A stretch of 64,000 nt of DNA from contig BCKZ01000008.1 of the NCBI GenBank assembly GCA_001600815.1, forward strand, positions 186,001 through 250,000, given 5' to 3'. Below the pieces are notes generated by a model. That model was not told the origin of the DNA and did not search any database. It saw nothing but the letters and a program-made list of their open reading frames with translations. The translations under genes and the position numbers were made by a program. This DNA comes from Alloascoidea hylecoeti (lineage: Eukaryota). Position 1 is the stretch's first letter, and each line of letters starts with the position of its first letter. Shown in pieces: positions 40,776 through 52,665 of this stretch.

Positions 40776-41750
40776 ATGTCAAACGATTTATCTGGACCAC
40801 ATTTTAGATTAAACTCAGGTTATAAAATTCCAGCAATAGGTTTCGGTCTTTGGAAAGTGCCCACCGATAAAGCAGCATCTCAAGTTTACAATGCAATAAA
40901 AGTTGGGTATCGTGCTTTAGATGGAGCTCAATGTTATGGTAATGAAAAGCAATGTGGTGAAGGATTGAAGAAAGCCATTGACGAAGGTATTATTAAAAGA
41001 GAAGATGTATTCATAACAACTAAAGTTTGGAATACATTTCATGAACCTGAACATGTTAAAGAAGCAATTGAGATTTCATTATCAGATTGGGGCGTAGACT
41101 ATTTTGATATGGTTTTAGTTCATTGGCCGATAGCTTTAAGATATGTTGACCCAAAAAAAGAATATCCAGCTGGTTTTTATTATACGAATAATAAGATTGA
41201 AATTGCAAAAGTTCCATTACATAAAACATGGGGAGCTCTTGAAGATGCAGTAGAAGAAGGTAAAACTAAAAGTATTGGAATTGCAAATTATACAGCACCA
41301 TTAGTACAAGATTGTTTAAGTTATGCAAAGATTAAACCAGCGGTTATACAAATTGAACTTCATCCATATTTAAATCAAGAAAGATTTGTTAGGTATTTGA
41401 AAATCAATGATATTCAAGTTATTTCATATTCAACATTTGGTCCACAATCCTTTTATGAAATGGATAATGAAACAGCTAAATCAACATGTAAAATTATTGA
41501 GCATGATGTTATTAAAGTAATTGGTATGAGGCATAAAAAAACACCAGCACAGGTTGTTTTAAGATGGGCAACGCAAAAAGGAATCGCAGTTAACCCCAAA
41601 TCAAATCAAGAAGAGCGATTAAAGGAGAATTTACTATCGTTTAATTTTGACTTGTATGATGACGATATTAAACAAATCGATGGTTTAACTATGAATATGA
41701 GGTTTAATCCTGGTCTTCCTGATCCGGATCTTTTACCACTGTATGAGTAG
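40776..41750 (+). CDS. Aldo-keto reductase (xylose reductase/Gre3-like)
   Basis: LNSGYKIPAIGFGLW, D-Y-K-H tetrad (DGA, CYG, TTK, VHW), QIELHPYL, PAQVVLRWATQ, NPKS in place of IPKS. Confidence 0.9.
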   Translation: MSNDLSGPHFRLNSGYKIPAIGFGLWKVPTDKAASQVYNAIKVGYRALDGAQCYGNEKQCGEGLKKAIDEGIIKREDVFITTKVWNTFHEPEHVKEAIEISLSDWGVDYFDMVLVHWPIALRYVDPKKEYPAGFYYTNNKIEIAKVPLHKTWGALEDAVEEGKTKSIGIANYTAPLVQDCLSYAKIKPAVIQIELHPYLNQERFVRYLKINDIQVISYSTFGPQSFYEMDNETAKSTCKIIEHDVIKVIGMRHKKTPAQVVLRWATQKGIAVNPKSNQEERLKENLLSFNFDLYDDDIKQIDGLTMNMRFNPGLPDPDLLPLYE

Positions 41751-41828
41751 TTACATAATGGCTATATAGTATAATTACATAAGACTTACATCAATGTGTA
41801 ACGTGACTCCCCACCGGGTAACCTTAAA

Positions 41829-41842
41829 ACGCGTGGCTGGTT
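41829..41842. promoter_or_regulatory. Adjacent MCB (ACGCGT) and Swi5/Ace2-type (AACCAGC, minus strand) sites
   Basis: ACGCGT at 41829-41834 and GCTGGTT at 41836-41842, about 60-70 bp upstream of ATG 41902. Confidence 0.4.
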
Positions 41843-41901
41843 TCACTCCAACCTCCACCCTAAAAGGAGAACGAAAACATATCACCGACCAAGAATACAC
41901 C

Positions 41902-43650
41902 ATGACAACACCTCGCCGATCTCGGGTTGTTGAGATGCCCTTCACCCCCGCTTCGTTGGGACAACACAGCAAAAGAAAACATGCGCCACCCGAGGTGCTT
42001 GTGGATCAGAGTTACCTGGACAATGACGATCATGAGGAGGATGAGTATTTGTTATCCCCTTCAAATAAAAGGTTCCGGGTAACGCATCCTGTTGATTCTA
42101 AGAAAGGAACGGTAACTCCCTCCGTAACCCCATCGGCAACTCCATCTGCAACTCCAACGGCGATCCCAACAAAAAGGGGTAAGAACGTTGAAGATGCAAC
42201 GACTCCAAAAGATAAGATTATTTCAACTCCAACACAGCTGGATGAGAAATTGCCTCAAGACCATGATGAAGATAATGAAGTAATCATCACAAAGGAAATC
42301 TTAACTAATCCTTTTGTTTCACAGAAACGGAAAAGAACTCCTTCGGTTGTATCCAATGATGAGGATAAAGAAAAAGATACAGATAAAAAAGAAGTTGGTG
42401 ACGCATCTAAATCTAAGGAGAAAGATGTCGATCATGATCATGCCGTATTCTTATTCAAAGGACGAAAAGTTAGAAGAATTCATCAAGCTATTGATTTAAC
42501 AGGATATACACCACGGAAGTTAGATTTTGGTGCTCCGAAGTCTCCTTTTGAAGAAATTAACCTTGAAGAGTATGCTTATACTGATGATGAAAAGGAAGAT
42601 TCGAAGGATGATGTTCAAAAGGATTTGAAAGATGCTACCAAACAAAAGAAAAATGAAGAAGTAGAAGATGGTAATAAACATAGGGAAACTGAAGAAGAAT
42701 ATGATGATTATGATGGTTCAACTTCCTCTGATTATGCTAATTGTGAAGATGGCGATGAAGAAGCGTTTGATGAACCACAAAGTCCGACACCACTTCCACG
42801 CGGTAATAAAAAAGTAATTGATATTCCTATTATTAAGGACCTTCCTAGTTATGACGCATCTCTGGAAAGTATTAGCCCACTTAAGAAAAGCAAAACAAAG
42901 TTAACTTTTCAAATATGGAAAGATGAAGATGAAGATGAGCTTACTGATCACAATAGTGATGATGGAAACGATGAAGATGATGATGAAAAAGAAGAAGATA
43001 ATGATGAACTAAGAAATAATATTCCTTCTTCACCTCCACCTCATTCTACAAGTTCAAACACAAGGTCTTCAACGCAGCGTACTCCGACTAGCAATCGCCG
43101 TATAAGACATTCAAGTCCGCCCACTAATCTTTCAAATCAACCTACTGAGATCGCGAACGGCCGAATAAGACGTTATGATTCCGAACATCTTCGAAATTCA
43201 TATTCTATCCTCGTTCATTTATTAGAAAGAGAACAACAGCAACCGACTCCTCTATATATTGATACTATGGATTCTCCTATTAGCACAGAAAATGAAATTC
43301 CAATTCTAGAGCCAAGTAGAAGTGGGAGAAGAAATCCATTTTATACACCACCCCCAAATATACAACAACTACAACAAGGTGCTGCTAGACCACTGCCTAT
43401 GATTGAATCAGAAGACCAAGAACATTCTGAGATTGTAGGTAGAGATGAAACTGAAACTGAATCGAACACAAGTCAGGAAGTGGAGCAGGCTACTGAACCA
43501 GAACCACCATCAACCCAAGATATTAGACCCACTGAAATTCATTCAAAAGAAGATGAAACGGAAGTTGATACTGAACAAGAAGAAGCTGAAGAAATAAATG
43601 CTTATTTTGAAAAAGAAAGAAGTAAAAGATTAAGTAGTAGGATGTTTTAA
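41902..43650 (+). CDS. Disordered TP/SP-rich protein, putative Sic1/Rum1/Sol1-type CDK inhibitor with a long acidic extension (in-frame upstream ATG at 41794)
   Basis: Long open frame; many TP/SP sites; NPF...VFLFKGRKVRR...TPRKLDF resembles the Sic1/Rum1 inhibitory region. Confidence 0.6.
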   Translation: MTTPRRSRVVEMPFTPASLGQHSKRKHAPPEVLVDQSYLDNDDHEEDEYLLSPSNKRFRVTHPVDSKKGTVTPSVTPSATPSATPTAIPTKRGKNVEDATTPKDKIISTPTQLDEKLPQDHDEDNEVIITKEILTNPFVSQKRKRTPSVVSNDEDKEKDTDKKEVGDASKSKEKDVDHDHAVFLFKGRKVRRIHQAIDLTGYTPRKLDFGAPKSPFEEINLEEYAYTDDEKEDSKDDVQKDLKDATKQKKNEEVEDGNKHRETEEEYDDYDGSTSSDYANCEDGDEEAFDEPQSPTPLPRGNKKVIDIPIIKDLPSYDASLESISPLKKSKTKLTFQIWKDEDEDELTDHNSDDGNDEDDDEKEEDNDELRNNIPSSPPPHSTSSNTRSSTQRTPTSNRRIRHSSPPTNLSNQPTEIANGRIRRYDSEHLRNSYSILVHLLEREQQQPTPLYIDTMDSPISTENEIPILEPSRSGRRNPFYTPPPNIQQLQQGAARPLPMIESEDQEHSEIVGRDETETESNTSQEVEQATEPEPPSTQDIRPTEIHSKEDETEVDTEQEEAEEINAYFEKERSKRLSSRMF

Positions 43651-46245
43651 TGATGGATATATGTATGAATAATCGTAATGAAACATCATATATCTTATTG
43701 TTGTTATTCATTTTCACCGGTAATGATCAATTTGTTTTTCTTTTTCTTGATTTGATGGGTTTCAGAATTATGGAGGATTTTATTTGAGTTCTTGTTTTTT
43801 TCTTTTTTTCTTTGAATAAAAAGTTTTAAAAACTTAACTTCATTATTATGTTTAAGGACTATATAGATCCTTAGTTTACATTTATATAAATTGTCTTATC
43901 TTTTGTTTTAATCGCTGTTATTTTTTTTTTTTTTTTTTTTTTTTCATTGAAGATGTTTGGGGTTGTCATTCATTTAAATTTACTTGATATTATATTTCTT
44001 TTTAGAGAATTTGAAAATTGATTTTAAATTTTAAGTTGTTTTTAATATACAATTGATTTTCTTTTCTTACTGAAATAGTTTTGTGTTGTCGTTATTATAT
44101 TTTTAGTTTCGATTACAAAACTATTTTTTTACTATTATTATACAATTATTTGTTAACAATATTTAGAATATGTACGTTTATTCTTACCTTTTTATTTTTC
44201 TGATTTATTTGATGATCCTCTTTTTTTCCATTATAATTAGTTTTACATTTTTAAACTTGACTAATTTAATTTAATTTACAATGAAATATAAAATAAAGAG
44301 AAAATTTATAACAATATATAAATTATATCCCTTGATTGGGTTTTGGTATTTTCCAATTCCTATACCATATAATAAGTTATAAATTTATATAGTGATCATG
44401 ATCTGTATTTTAGGGAAATTGAAACTCACCAGTGGCATAGTTAAAATAAGTTAAATTGCCGGTGGAGAATTATATAACTTAAAAATTCAAGGGATTAATG
44501 ATGAAGACAAAACAATCAGAGTAAGTTTATAATATAAGGCTGGTATTAATCTACAAAATATTGATCCAAGATTAAATTTTATAGCGCTAATACATGGTAA
44601 TTAATTGAACCAAATTTAAATGGTAATTACTTTTCTCTTCATATCTCGGACCGAGCTCGAGTGCTTTGAGTGTATTTCGGTTCGGATCATAATTAGTTCT
44701 GTGGATACGCAGGTGGGTGGAGATTCTGGGGAATGATATATATGCATATTAGTTATATGTTCTTTGAGTTACAAAGGATCTGCCTTCATTTTATAGATCA
44801 GGAACCTCTTCTTGTACCGGATCTTAAACCTTCCGTCATCGTGCAGTCTAGATTGGCTCGAATTAATTGAGATTCCTACGCCCCGGCGTATCTATATTAT
44901 GAATATATTTCCCTGTTTCATATTTCCGTATTACTAAATATAGCAAATAATATACGGATATTTTCAATACAACATTAATATAATGATCAAGTTCATGACC
45001 AATGATCATTAAATATCACTATGTTTTATGCATATGCATTTGTGCACCTGAAGTTAACTTGAAGTTTTTTCATTTTTCAGAATATGAAAAAGAAGGAGAA
45101 TTTACTTGCGATATCTAAGTTTTAATGATTCTATTTATCCAAAAAATCTACACCCTTAAATTTCCCTACTTATTCACAGCTCAAATACATAAATATCACC
45201 TCTTGTAAGCTCAAGTTTCATCTCTTTTTTTTTGACAAGCTTAAGATCATGAATGACTAATCATAAATCTTATATGACTGATCATAGATCTTATATCGGA
45301 AAATTTCAGGAAAATTAAAGAGCCAATTAGGAGGAAAAACTTTCAAAATTGTCACTTATAATTAATCCTCAGTATATAATTGACACAATGATTGGTGGTT
45401 TTATGTACTCCGTATACACCCCATTTCTCCAGTATATCTATGCCCCACGTCCCCACTATATGCACATGCATAGGCTCAAGGTGGATTTTGAATCAGGAAC
45501 TGCAGCTACAGGATTTCATCAAATATAACGTGTCGATCGTATGAGATAACACAATAACTAATATTTGTAGTTAAGACAATGTTAATTATGCCAATCGAAT
45601 ACGAGCTGATTGTTTACTTATGAACCTTTCGACCCAATAACATAGGTGTGTATAATCATGAACGTGAGGTTCAAGCGCTGTGTATATATGTATCCAGTTA
45701 TAGCTATAGCAATGAATAAGAAAGAAAAGAAAAATAATGCTATTATCTGAGAATACATTGCTGAATCTTAGGTTAATTTTATTCAGATAAAGTGGTACCG
45801 GACTTCCGATTCCAATTAGCCAATGATAGTTATTATTCCTTTAAGTAACATGATAGTACGGCTCAGATATACATCTTCAGATCTAGCTATAGGAGTTGAC
45901 AAATTATAATTTCAATAGTTAACTACATTAATAATATATTTTAGAGTTCTCAATTATAAACTTATAATTTGCTATAATTATGTATACCGAAGAGGGTCCA
46001 GGTACTCATACATTTAATTATTGTTTAAAATTTTAATTTACTTCATTTTTTTGTTCTTTATTTAACAATGATGTAACGGATAGTGTTTCCTCCATTTAAA
46101 GCAAAACATATAAGTTACATGTATTAAATGCTTTAACTTAATCTTTAATTATACTCCGCTTCGGTCTATATAAATATGGAAATGTCCCGAACTTTTACCC
46201 TTTTTATTTAGTTATATTAACTTCAGAAACACAAAATTGTGAAAA

Positions 46246-47892
46246 ATGGTTCTGACAGGAAATAGACTACTGGTAGCCATGAACTTAGTTTGTGGTCTAT
46301 CTATTTTATTTTTTGGGTATGATCAAGGTATGATGAGTGGTGTGAATAATACACCTGATTACGTAAAAACAATGAAACTAGGAAATGTTATTCCTCCATC
46401 AGATACAGAAAAGAAATATACCGTTGATGTAACAAATTCAACAAAACTTGGAGGAATTGTTGCAATTTACTATCTTGGTGCGATAGTTGGAGCATTAATA
46501 GGTGGTTGGGTTGCTGATAAACTTGGCCGAATAAATTGTATTAGAATTGGATGTGTTTGGGTTCTTTTAGGTGCTGCTTTGCAATGCTCTGCACAAAATA
46601 CAAATTGGATGCTATGTGCTCGTGTTATTAATGGAATTGGTACTGGTCATTTAAATGTTACTGTTCCAGTATGGTCCGCTGAATGTGCTACATATAATAG
46701 TAGAGGTTTATTTATTGGTATTGAATTTACTTTGAATATATTTGGTGTTGTAATAGCATACTGGTTAGAATATGGCTTATCTTTTATAAAAAAAGGTGAT
46801 ACTGCTTTTAGATGGAGATTTCCTATTGGGTTTCAACTTATCCCATTGCTTCTTTTAGCAGTTTTAGTTAATTTTATGCCTGAATCCCCCCGTTGGTTGG
46901 TCAAGAAAGGTAGAGATGAAGAAGCTAAAGTAATCTTAGGTAATCTTAGAGGTGAGGGTGATCCCAATCATCCAAAAGCTGTAGCTGAGTATAAAGATAT
47001 TAAAGAGTTAGCAGATGAAGAGAGTGGTTTGGATACTTCTTATATTTCAATGTTTTTTAAAAATCAAGGCAAAACACATTTAAGACGAAGAGTGCAGCTT
47101 GTTATATGGCTACAAATCGTTCAAGAATGGGTAGGTATTGCTGCTATCACTGTTTATCAACCAACAATTTTCAAACAGGCCGGATTTAATACCGACAAAA
47201 GTGACTGGCTTAGTGGGGTTAACAATATTATTTACATGTTCTCTACAATATTAGCAGCATTCACTCTTGATAGATGGGGTCGCAGAGGCCTTTCATATTG
47301 GGGGGCTATTGCTCAAGGTATTGCCATGTTCCTTGCTGGTGGATTTAGCCGTCTTGCTCAAAATAATCCAGACACTCCAATAGGAACAAGATATGGAGCA
47401 GCTAGTGCTACATTCGTTATTCTATATACCGCCGTGTTTGGTGCAACATGGCTTACGGTTCCTTGGATTTATCCTTCTGAAATTTGGCCTGTCCAAGTTC
47501 GTGCAAAGGGTATGGCTTGGGGAGTTGTTGGTTGGGGTATTGGAAATGGTTGGCTTACTTTATTAAACCCAGTTATGTTTTCAGCTATTGCTGAAAAGAC
47601 GTTATATATTTTTGGTGCCTGTAATTTTGCCTCAATTGTTATGATATGGGCTTTTTATCCTGAAACAGCTAAAAGAACTCTTGAGGAGATTGATGCTTTA
47701 TTCTCTGCACCAACACCCTGGAATTGGGATGCAGAAAAAGTATTTGCTCAATATCAAGCTGAGAAAACAAACTATACAAGAGCTGTTGAACATGGTATTC
47801 TCAATCCAGATGAGCCTATGATAGATGAAAAAGCTACAACGGTTCTTGCTGATAATTCTGGTAATAAATCTATATCCGGATCTAGCAACTGA
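46246..47892 (+). CDS. MFS sugar porter (Stl1-like subfamily)
   Basis: FGYDQG, DKLGR, WRFPIGFQ, PESPRW, DRWGRR, PET motifs; multiple hydrophobic segments. Confidence 0.92.
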   Translation: MVLTGNRLLVAMNLVCGLSILFFGYDQGMMSGVNNTPDYVKTMKLGNVIPPSDTEKKYTVDVTNSTKLGGIVAIYYLGAIVGALIGGWVADKLGRINCIRIGCVWVLLGAALQCSAQNTNWMLCARVINGIGTGHLNVTVPVWSAECATYNSRGLFIGIEFTLNIFGVVIAYWLEYGLSFIKKGDTAFRWRFPIGFQLIPLLLLAVLVNFMPESPRWLVKKGRDEEAKVILGNLRGEGDPNHPKAVAEYKDIKELADEESGLDTSYISMFFKNQGKTHLRRRVQLVIWLQIVQEWVGIAAITVYQPTIFKQAGFNTDKSDWLSGVNNIIYMFSTILAAFTLDRWGRRGLSYWGAIAQGIAMFLAGGFSRLAQNNPDTPIGTRYGAASATFVILYTAVFGATWLTVPWIYPSEIWPVQVRAKGMAWGVVGWGIGNGWLTLLNPVMFSAIAEKTLYIFGACNFASIVMIWAFYPETAKRTLEEIDALFSAPTPWNWDAEKVFAQYQAEKTNYTRAVEHGILNPDEPMIDEKATTVLADNSGNKSISGSSN

Positions 47893-48090
47893 TTAATACT
47901 ATTTACATGTTTTTTATTTATAGATAAATAGATATTTGTTCTAATCTTTGAGTTTCTTAATATTTTCAATTGACTGTACAAAGTGTACATACATGTAAAC
48001 TTATATACATTCAATAACTTATACCTTTAGATCTACATAAATTTCATTAAATCCTGAATAATATGCTGAAATTTAATGTTATAAAAAGAT

Positions 48091-48225
48091 TCATTTAAAT
48101 CCGACCATCTTATTTTGATTAATTATCGGCTGAATTTGGCACCCAAGTTGTTCCATATCCCGCTAACTAATGTGACCAAAAAATAATTATGGAGACTAAT
48201 CATAATGGCCTAACTTAAGTGACTA
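48091..48225. mobile_element. Diverged, internally deleted second copy of the MITE at 24028-24229 (opposite orientation)
   Basis: Five collinear blocks match the reverse complement of the intronic element, e.g. TAATTATCGGCT, TTGGCACCC..ATATCCC, TAATGTGACCAAAAA..TTATGG, AATGGCC...TAAGTGA. Confidence 0.65.
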
Positions 48226-50018
48226 GATCCTCTTTTCTCCACTCCTAGCTAGTGGCGATGGGTCGGTTTTAGAAATTAAGTGATTTTTTGAAAAGAACTT
48301 TAATTATAACTAGGTACTAATTTAAGAGTAGACAATAAGGAACTGTATGAGTTATTTTAGTTATTTCCCGACCATATAAATATATTAAAGAGTAATTATC
48401 GGGAGTTTTGTCAGCATACTAAGGAACAATTGTCATTGAAGTTTCTATATATAGGCCATATCCAAGCTTTAATAATTATATATACATACACTCACAGTAG
48501 AAGTATAGGCTTAGCGCTAAACAATTAGTGGCAAGCAATTATTGATATTAAAAATGCACGACCCCTTGTCGACTGTCAAAGAGTGCAATGTCAACAATTA
48601 AAAATGGGAGTCTACTATATGACTAAATAAAAAAAATTAAAGGCTAAAAATAAAAAGGTCTGATGATAAGCAAAATAGAGCTTAAAGATTGAATAACTTT
48701 ATAATATTATATGCCTATAATACAATATCCTCTCAAATCAATCTTTCTTATAACCAATTTTCAAAGCAATCCCCCTAAAGTTACCATTACATATATCATT
48801 ATTAACCTAATTTAGTGTTCAAGCTCCAATTCATCGACTCCCATTATATCTTTTTAGGGTTGTGTGTGTGTAGCTGACGATTGGGAAAATGATTCAAATA
48901 CTGATTCTTCACTAGATGATTTTGTTAATGTGGCTTTTGATGTGGTTTTAGTGTTGCTTCCTGATGCTTTGATTGTAGTTGCAACTGATGCAACGTCCAA
49001 AGCAATAGAAGTAGCCGACAAATATATAACCCTTTAAATCCCATGAATTTATATATGAGAACAAAATATTATAGTTGTAAGCTTATATGTGGAATTTTGC
49101 AATCGAAAATTCCATTAAGCGATTAATTATATAAGCCTATAGTTATATACTATAGGGTAGTATAGGCTATTAAAATATTTATAGGATTTCAGGAAAGAAA
49201 TACCTAGGCTTATAATACACTGAAGTCACTGAGTATTGACTCGTCACTAGAAACAAATTTATATTCATCTTAGGCGAGGCACTGGAGATTCTTATATTCT
49301 CTTTTTAAGAATTGCAACGTTCAGTGGAGACCATTTTCTGAATTCAAGATTCCGGATCCCATTAGTTAAATTTCGGTCTAGTTTGACCCGACTCGACCCG
49401 AGGTTTTTCTACTTCTATTTCCTGCATGAAATATCAAAGCATCACTCCAGTTTTATAAACCTTAATTATTCAGCCTTTTCGTAAAATATAAACTATCCGG
49501 AATAAACGTATATGCTAATAGATTGTATTCTTTCTTTCTATCTTTCTTTAATCAATGAGTCCAATACTTTGGATGTATTGAGTCGTTACAATCATCAGAT
49601 CCAAAAATATTCCCCCTTTCATTGAAAAAATCTACAGGTTTAGGCATATTCTTATTGTTAAACTGTTTTTTTATGATTGTAAGTTACCCTGATTGTAATA
49701 TTATCATATGAATATCATATGAAATTAATACGCTTGCTCATTAAAATCCATGTTGCTATAAGATGTTCATATTCAGCAATTGCGTTAATTCTCCTCATTC
49801 CTCAGATTCAATATCTATGGGAGATAATCTTTCGAATTCTCAAATCTCTAGCTCATATATATCGTACCTATAGTCTTTTGATCTGTTTATTTACACCAAA
49901 TTCTATATTTCTAATTTTAATTTTCCACTAAAAAGTTGAAGGATAAATATATGAAATAAAAATAAAAATTGAAATATATCTTATAGCTGGTTATATCAAC
50001 TCTCAAATTTAAACTTCA

Positions 50019-52665
50019 ATGGAAGATATAAGTTTATTTCCTTGTATTGTTTGCAGGAGGAGGAGAGTCAAAGTATGACCTGATTTTCAATTACAATATT
50101 AATACTAATTTACACTAACGAAATATTTGAAATTTAAAGTGCGATAAAACCAAACCAGAATGCGTTAAGTGTAAGAAACTAGGATACGAAAATATCTGTT
50201 GTTATAAACCACCCCGAAAAAAAAAATCGTTACACATAAAACTTCAAGAAGAAAATGAGCTAAAAATTTTGAAGGTTGAGAATAGTCATATTAAACAGAA
50301 GATCAAAGTTATAGAAAACCAGTTGGAACTAACCCATCATATGCAGATTCTGAATTCGGCATCTTTATGTTCTCCTGGATGCAAAAATCGTCCTAACAGT
50401 TTTGATCCGGTTATAGAGTTAACAAAAAAGTTTCAATGCCTTGATATGAAAAGCGAGACTCCTAATCATTTTGGCCCCACAAGCATTGTATCTTTAGAAA
50501 TAAACGATCCCATTCTATCTAAATTATTTAAGGCAGTCAACAAAGCTCATATATCGATTGAAAAAGCAATTGAGATTGGGTTACCGGTAGAATCATCTTA
50601 TGATCAAGGCTTACTTCCAAATGAAAACTTAAGAGAGTACTCACAGTCAGAACTCCATGATGAAATTAAATATGGTAATTCGAGCTCTATTTTTCAGCAA
50701 AAAGGTCAAACAAGAAAAGATAGTGTAGATCCAATTATAAAACTAGAAAGAATGCTGCCTTCCAAAGAGTTCTGTGATTTAATCTACGAGAACTTTAAAA
50801 ATGGGATCGATTATATTTGGCCAGTTATTGATACTGAAGAAATCGAGAATTTGTTAGATGAATTTGCAATAGTAAATGAATTTGACTATTATCATTTCAA
50901 ATGTACAAAACCTGAACATTATACCGCTCTAATGATATATATCCTTTGTCTAAGACTTGGGTATTTATCTTTACCTTATATGGGTGAAAGCGCAACACCT
51001 ACAGAAATATTATCTAGTGAAAGGTATTCAAAATTTATTGTTCTTTATGATCTTAACATTACGATTGAAGATGAAATGATTGATTTAGCTGGTGAATCAG
51101 GGCTTCTAGTGTATTCACATTCTGATTTCAAAAGTACTTATAATATGACTCTTCGACTAAATTACATGATTCTTCTTCGAATGTATGAAATGATATCATC
51201 TCAAAAACGAGATGGATCTGATGCTGAGAATAGCACGATTGGTTTTGCAACTGCTATCGAGTTGGCTCACACTCTTGGGTATCACCGAGATCCTGATATT
51301 ATTTATAGCGAACTGGATATATACGAAAAGTTTAAACGGAGGATGTTATGGGGCTTTGTACTATTACTTGATGCTGTTCAATGTGAGAGTATTGGCAGGC
51401 CCCTTCAGGTACATCGAAAATTTTATGATACTAAGATCCCAACTTTAACAGAACTAGAATTATCCATGTTAGACCTAAGGTCGAGTTCACGATTGGAAAC
51501 CGAACGATTACAATCGGATTCCAGTTATTTCAAAATAATTCATGAAACGTCTAATCTTATTCGAAATTATATAGAAGATGGAATGACTCCATCTTCTGTC
51601 ACTACGAGAAGTTACTTGGAGAATTTCGCGAATGATATGTTATATTATATGTACGAAAAATACCCAAGCTTATCGAATCTATTGTGTCAAACACCACCTA
51701 ATGACAAAGTTCTTAAGGCATCAAAACTACGGCTCGTGCATGGTAGAATGCTCATGATATCATCCATTTGTATCAATCTTTATATTCTATTTCTAAGCAC
51801 TGGACCTAATGAGGTGGAAGTGAGCCATCGGTATCTGAGGTTTGTATTATGTTGTAATTTAGTTGTTCTTCACGTTTCCATAAACTTCATTAAATATCAT
51901 CATATTTATTTTGGATATGGATCACTTCCAATGCTTGCCCCCCTCATGATAAGCTCAACACAAAGATCTCTCCAAATTCTTGTTTCAATACTCGTTAGAA
52001 GTAGACTTGAGGCATATAAATATTCTGTTCCTCCTTTAAATTTCCTAAATGAGTTAATTTCACGCCTAAATAAAATTGGGATACCCAACTTTAGTGATAC
52101 TGAACTCAAACAATTGCAAAATAATCCCCTTATGTACTATGTTAAGGAATACTACAGTGTCTCAAAATTTATGAGTGGAAGCTATGTTTCTTGGAAGTCA
52201 ACAAAAGTTTTATCAATTATAATTGAAAATCTNGAAAGAGACAGGAATACAGAAAATTCTCTNGAAACACCAAGTACAACTAATGACNCATATCAATCAG
52301 GTATCGATGCAGCTATAAGGAACGATACTGATATATTTTTAGAGTATTTAATATCTAACTCAGAAGGCAAGAGGAGTACAATTGACTCTTCAAGTAATAA
52401 GATATTCGATTCGAATATCGATATTCCTTCATCAAACAAATATAAAAGTCAAAATCAATCAAATGTTATAAAATCAAGTGCAAATATTGATACAGATTTA
52501 GACCCTACTTGTACAGATTCATCGTTTTGGGAGGATATTCTCACAAATGATTCAACGGATCTCATGACAGATTTAATGCATGATCCAAATTTGCTAAGAG
52601 ACGTTTTTAATCAGGATCAAGACTTTGATGTAAGAATGTCTGATTTACTTGGAAATAATATATAA
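50019..52665 (+). CDS. Zn(II)2Cys6 transcription factor, 2 exons
   Basis: Exon1 50019-50072, intron 50073-50139 (GTATGA..CACTAAC..AAG), exon2 from 50140 gives CIVCRRRRVK|CDKTKPECVKC......NIC; middle homology region AHTLGYHRDP...RRMLW...GRP. Confidence 0.9.

Noticed and set aside
52233..52288. Three single N bases in the Zn2Cys6 gene
   Set aside because: Base-call ambiguity; frame is preserved.
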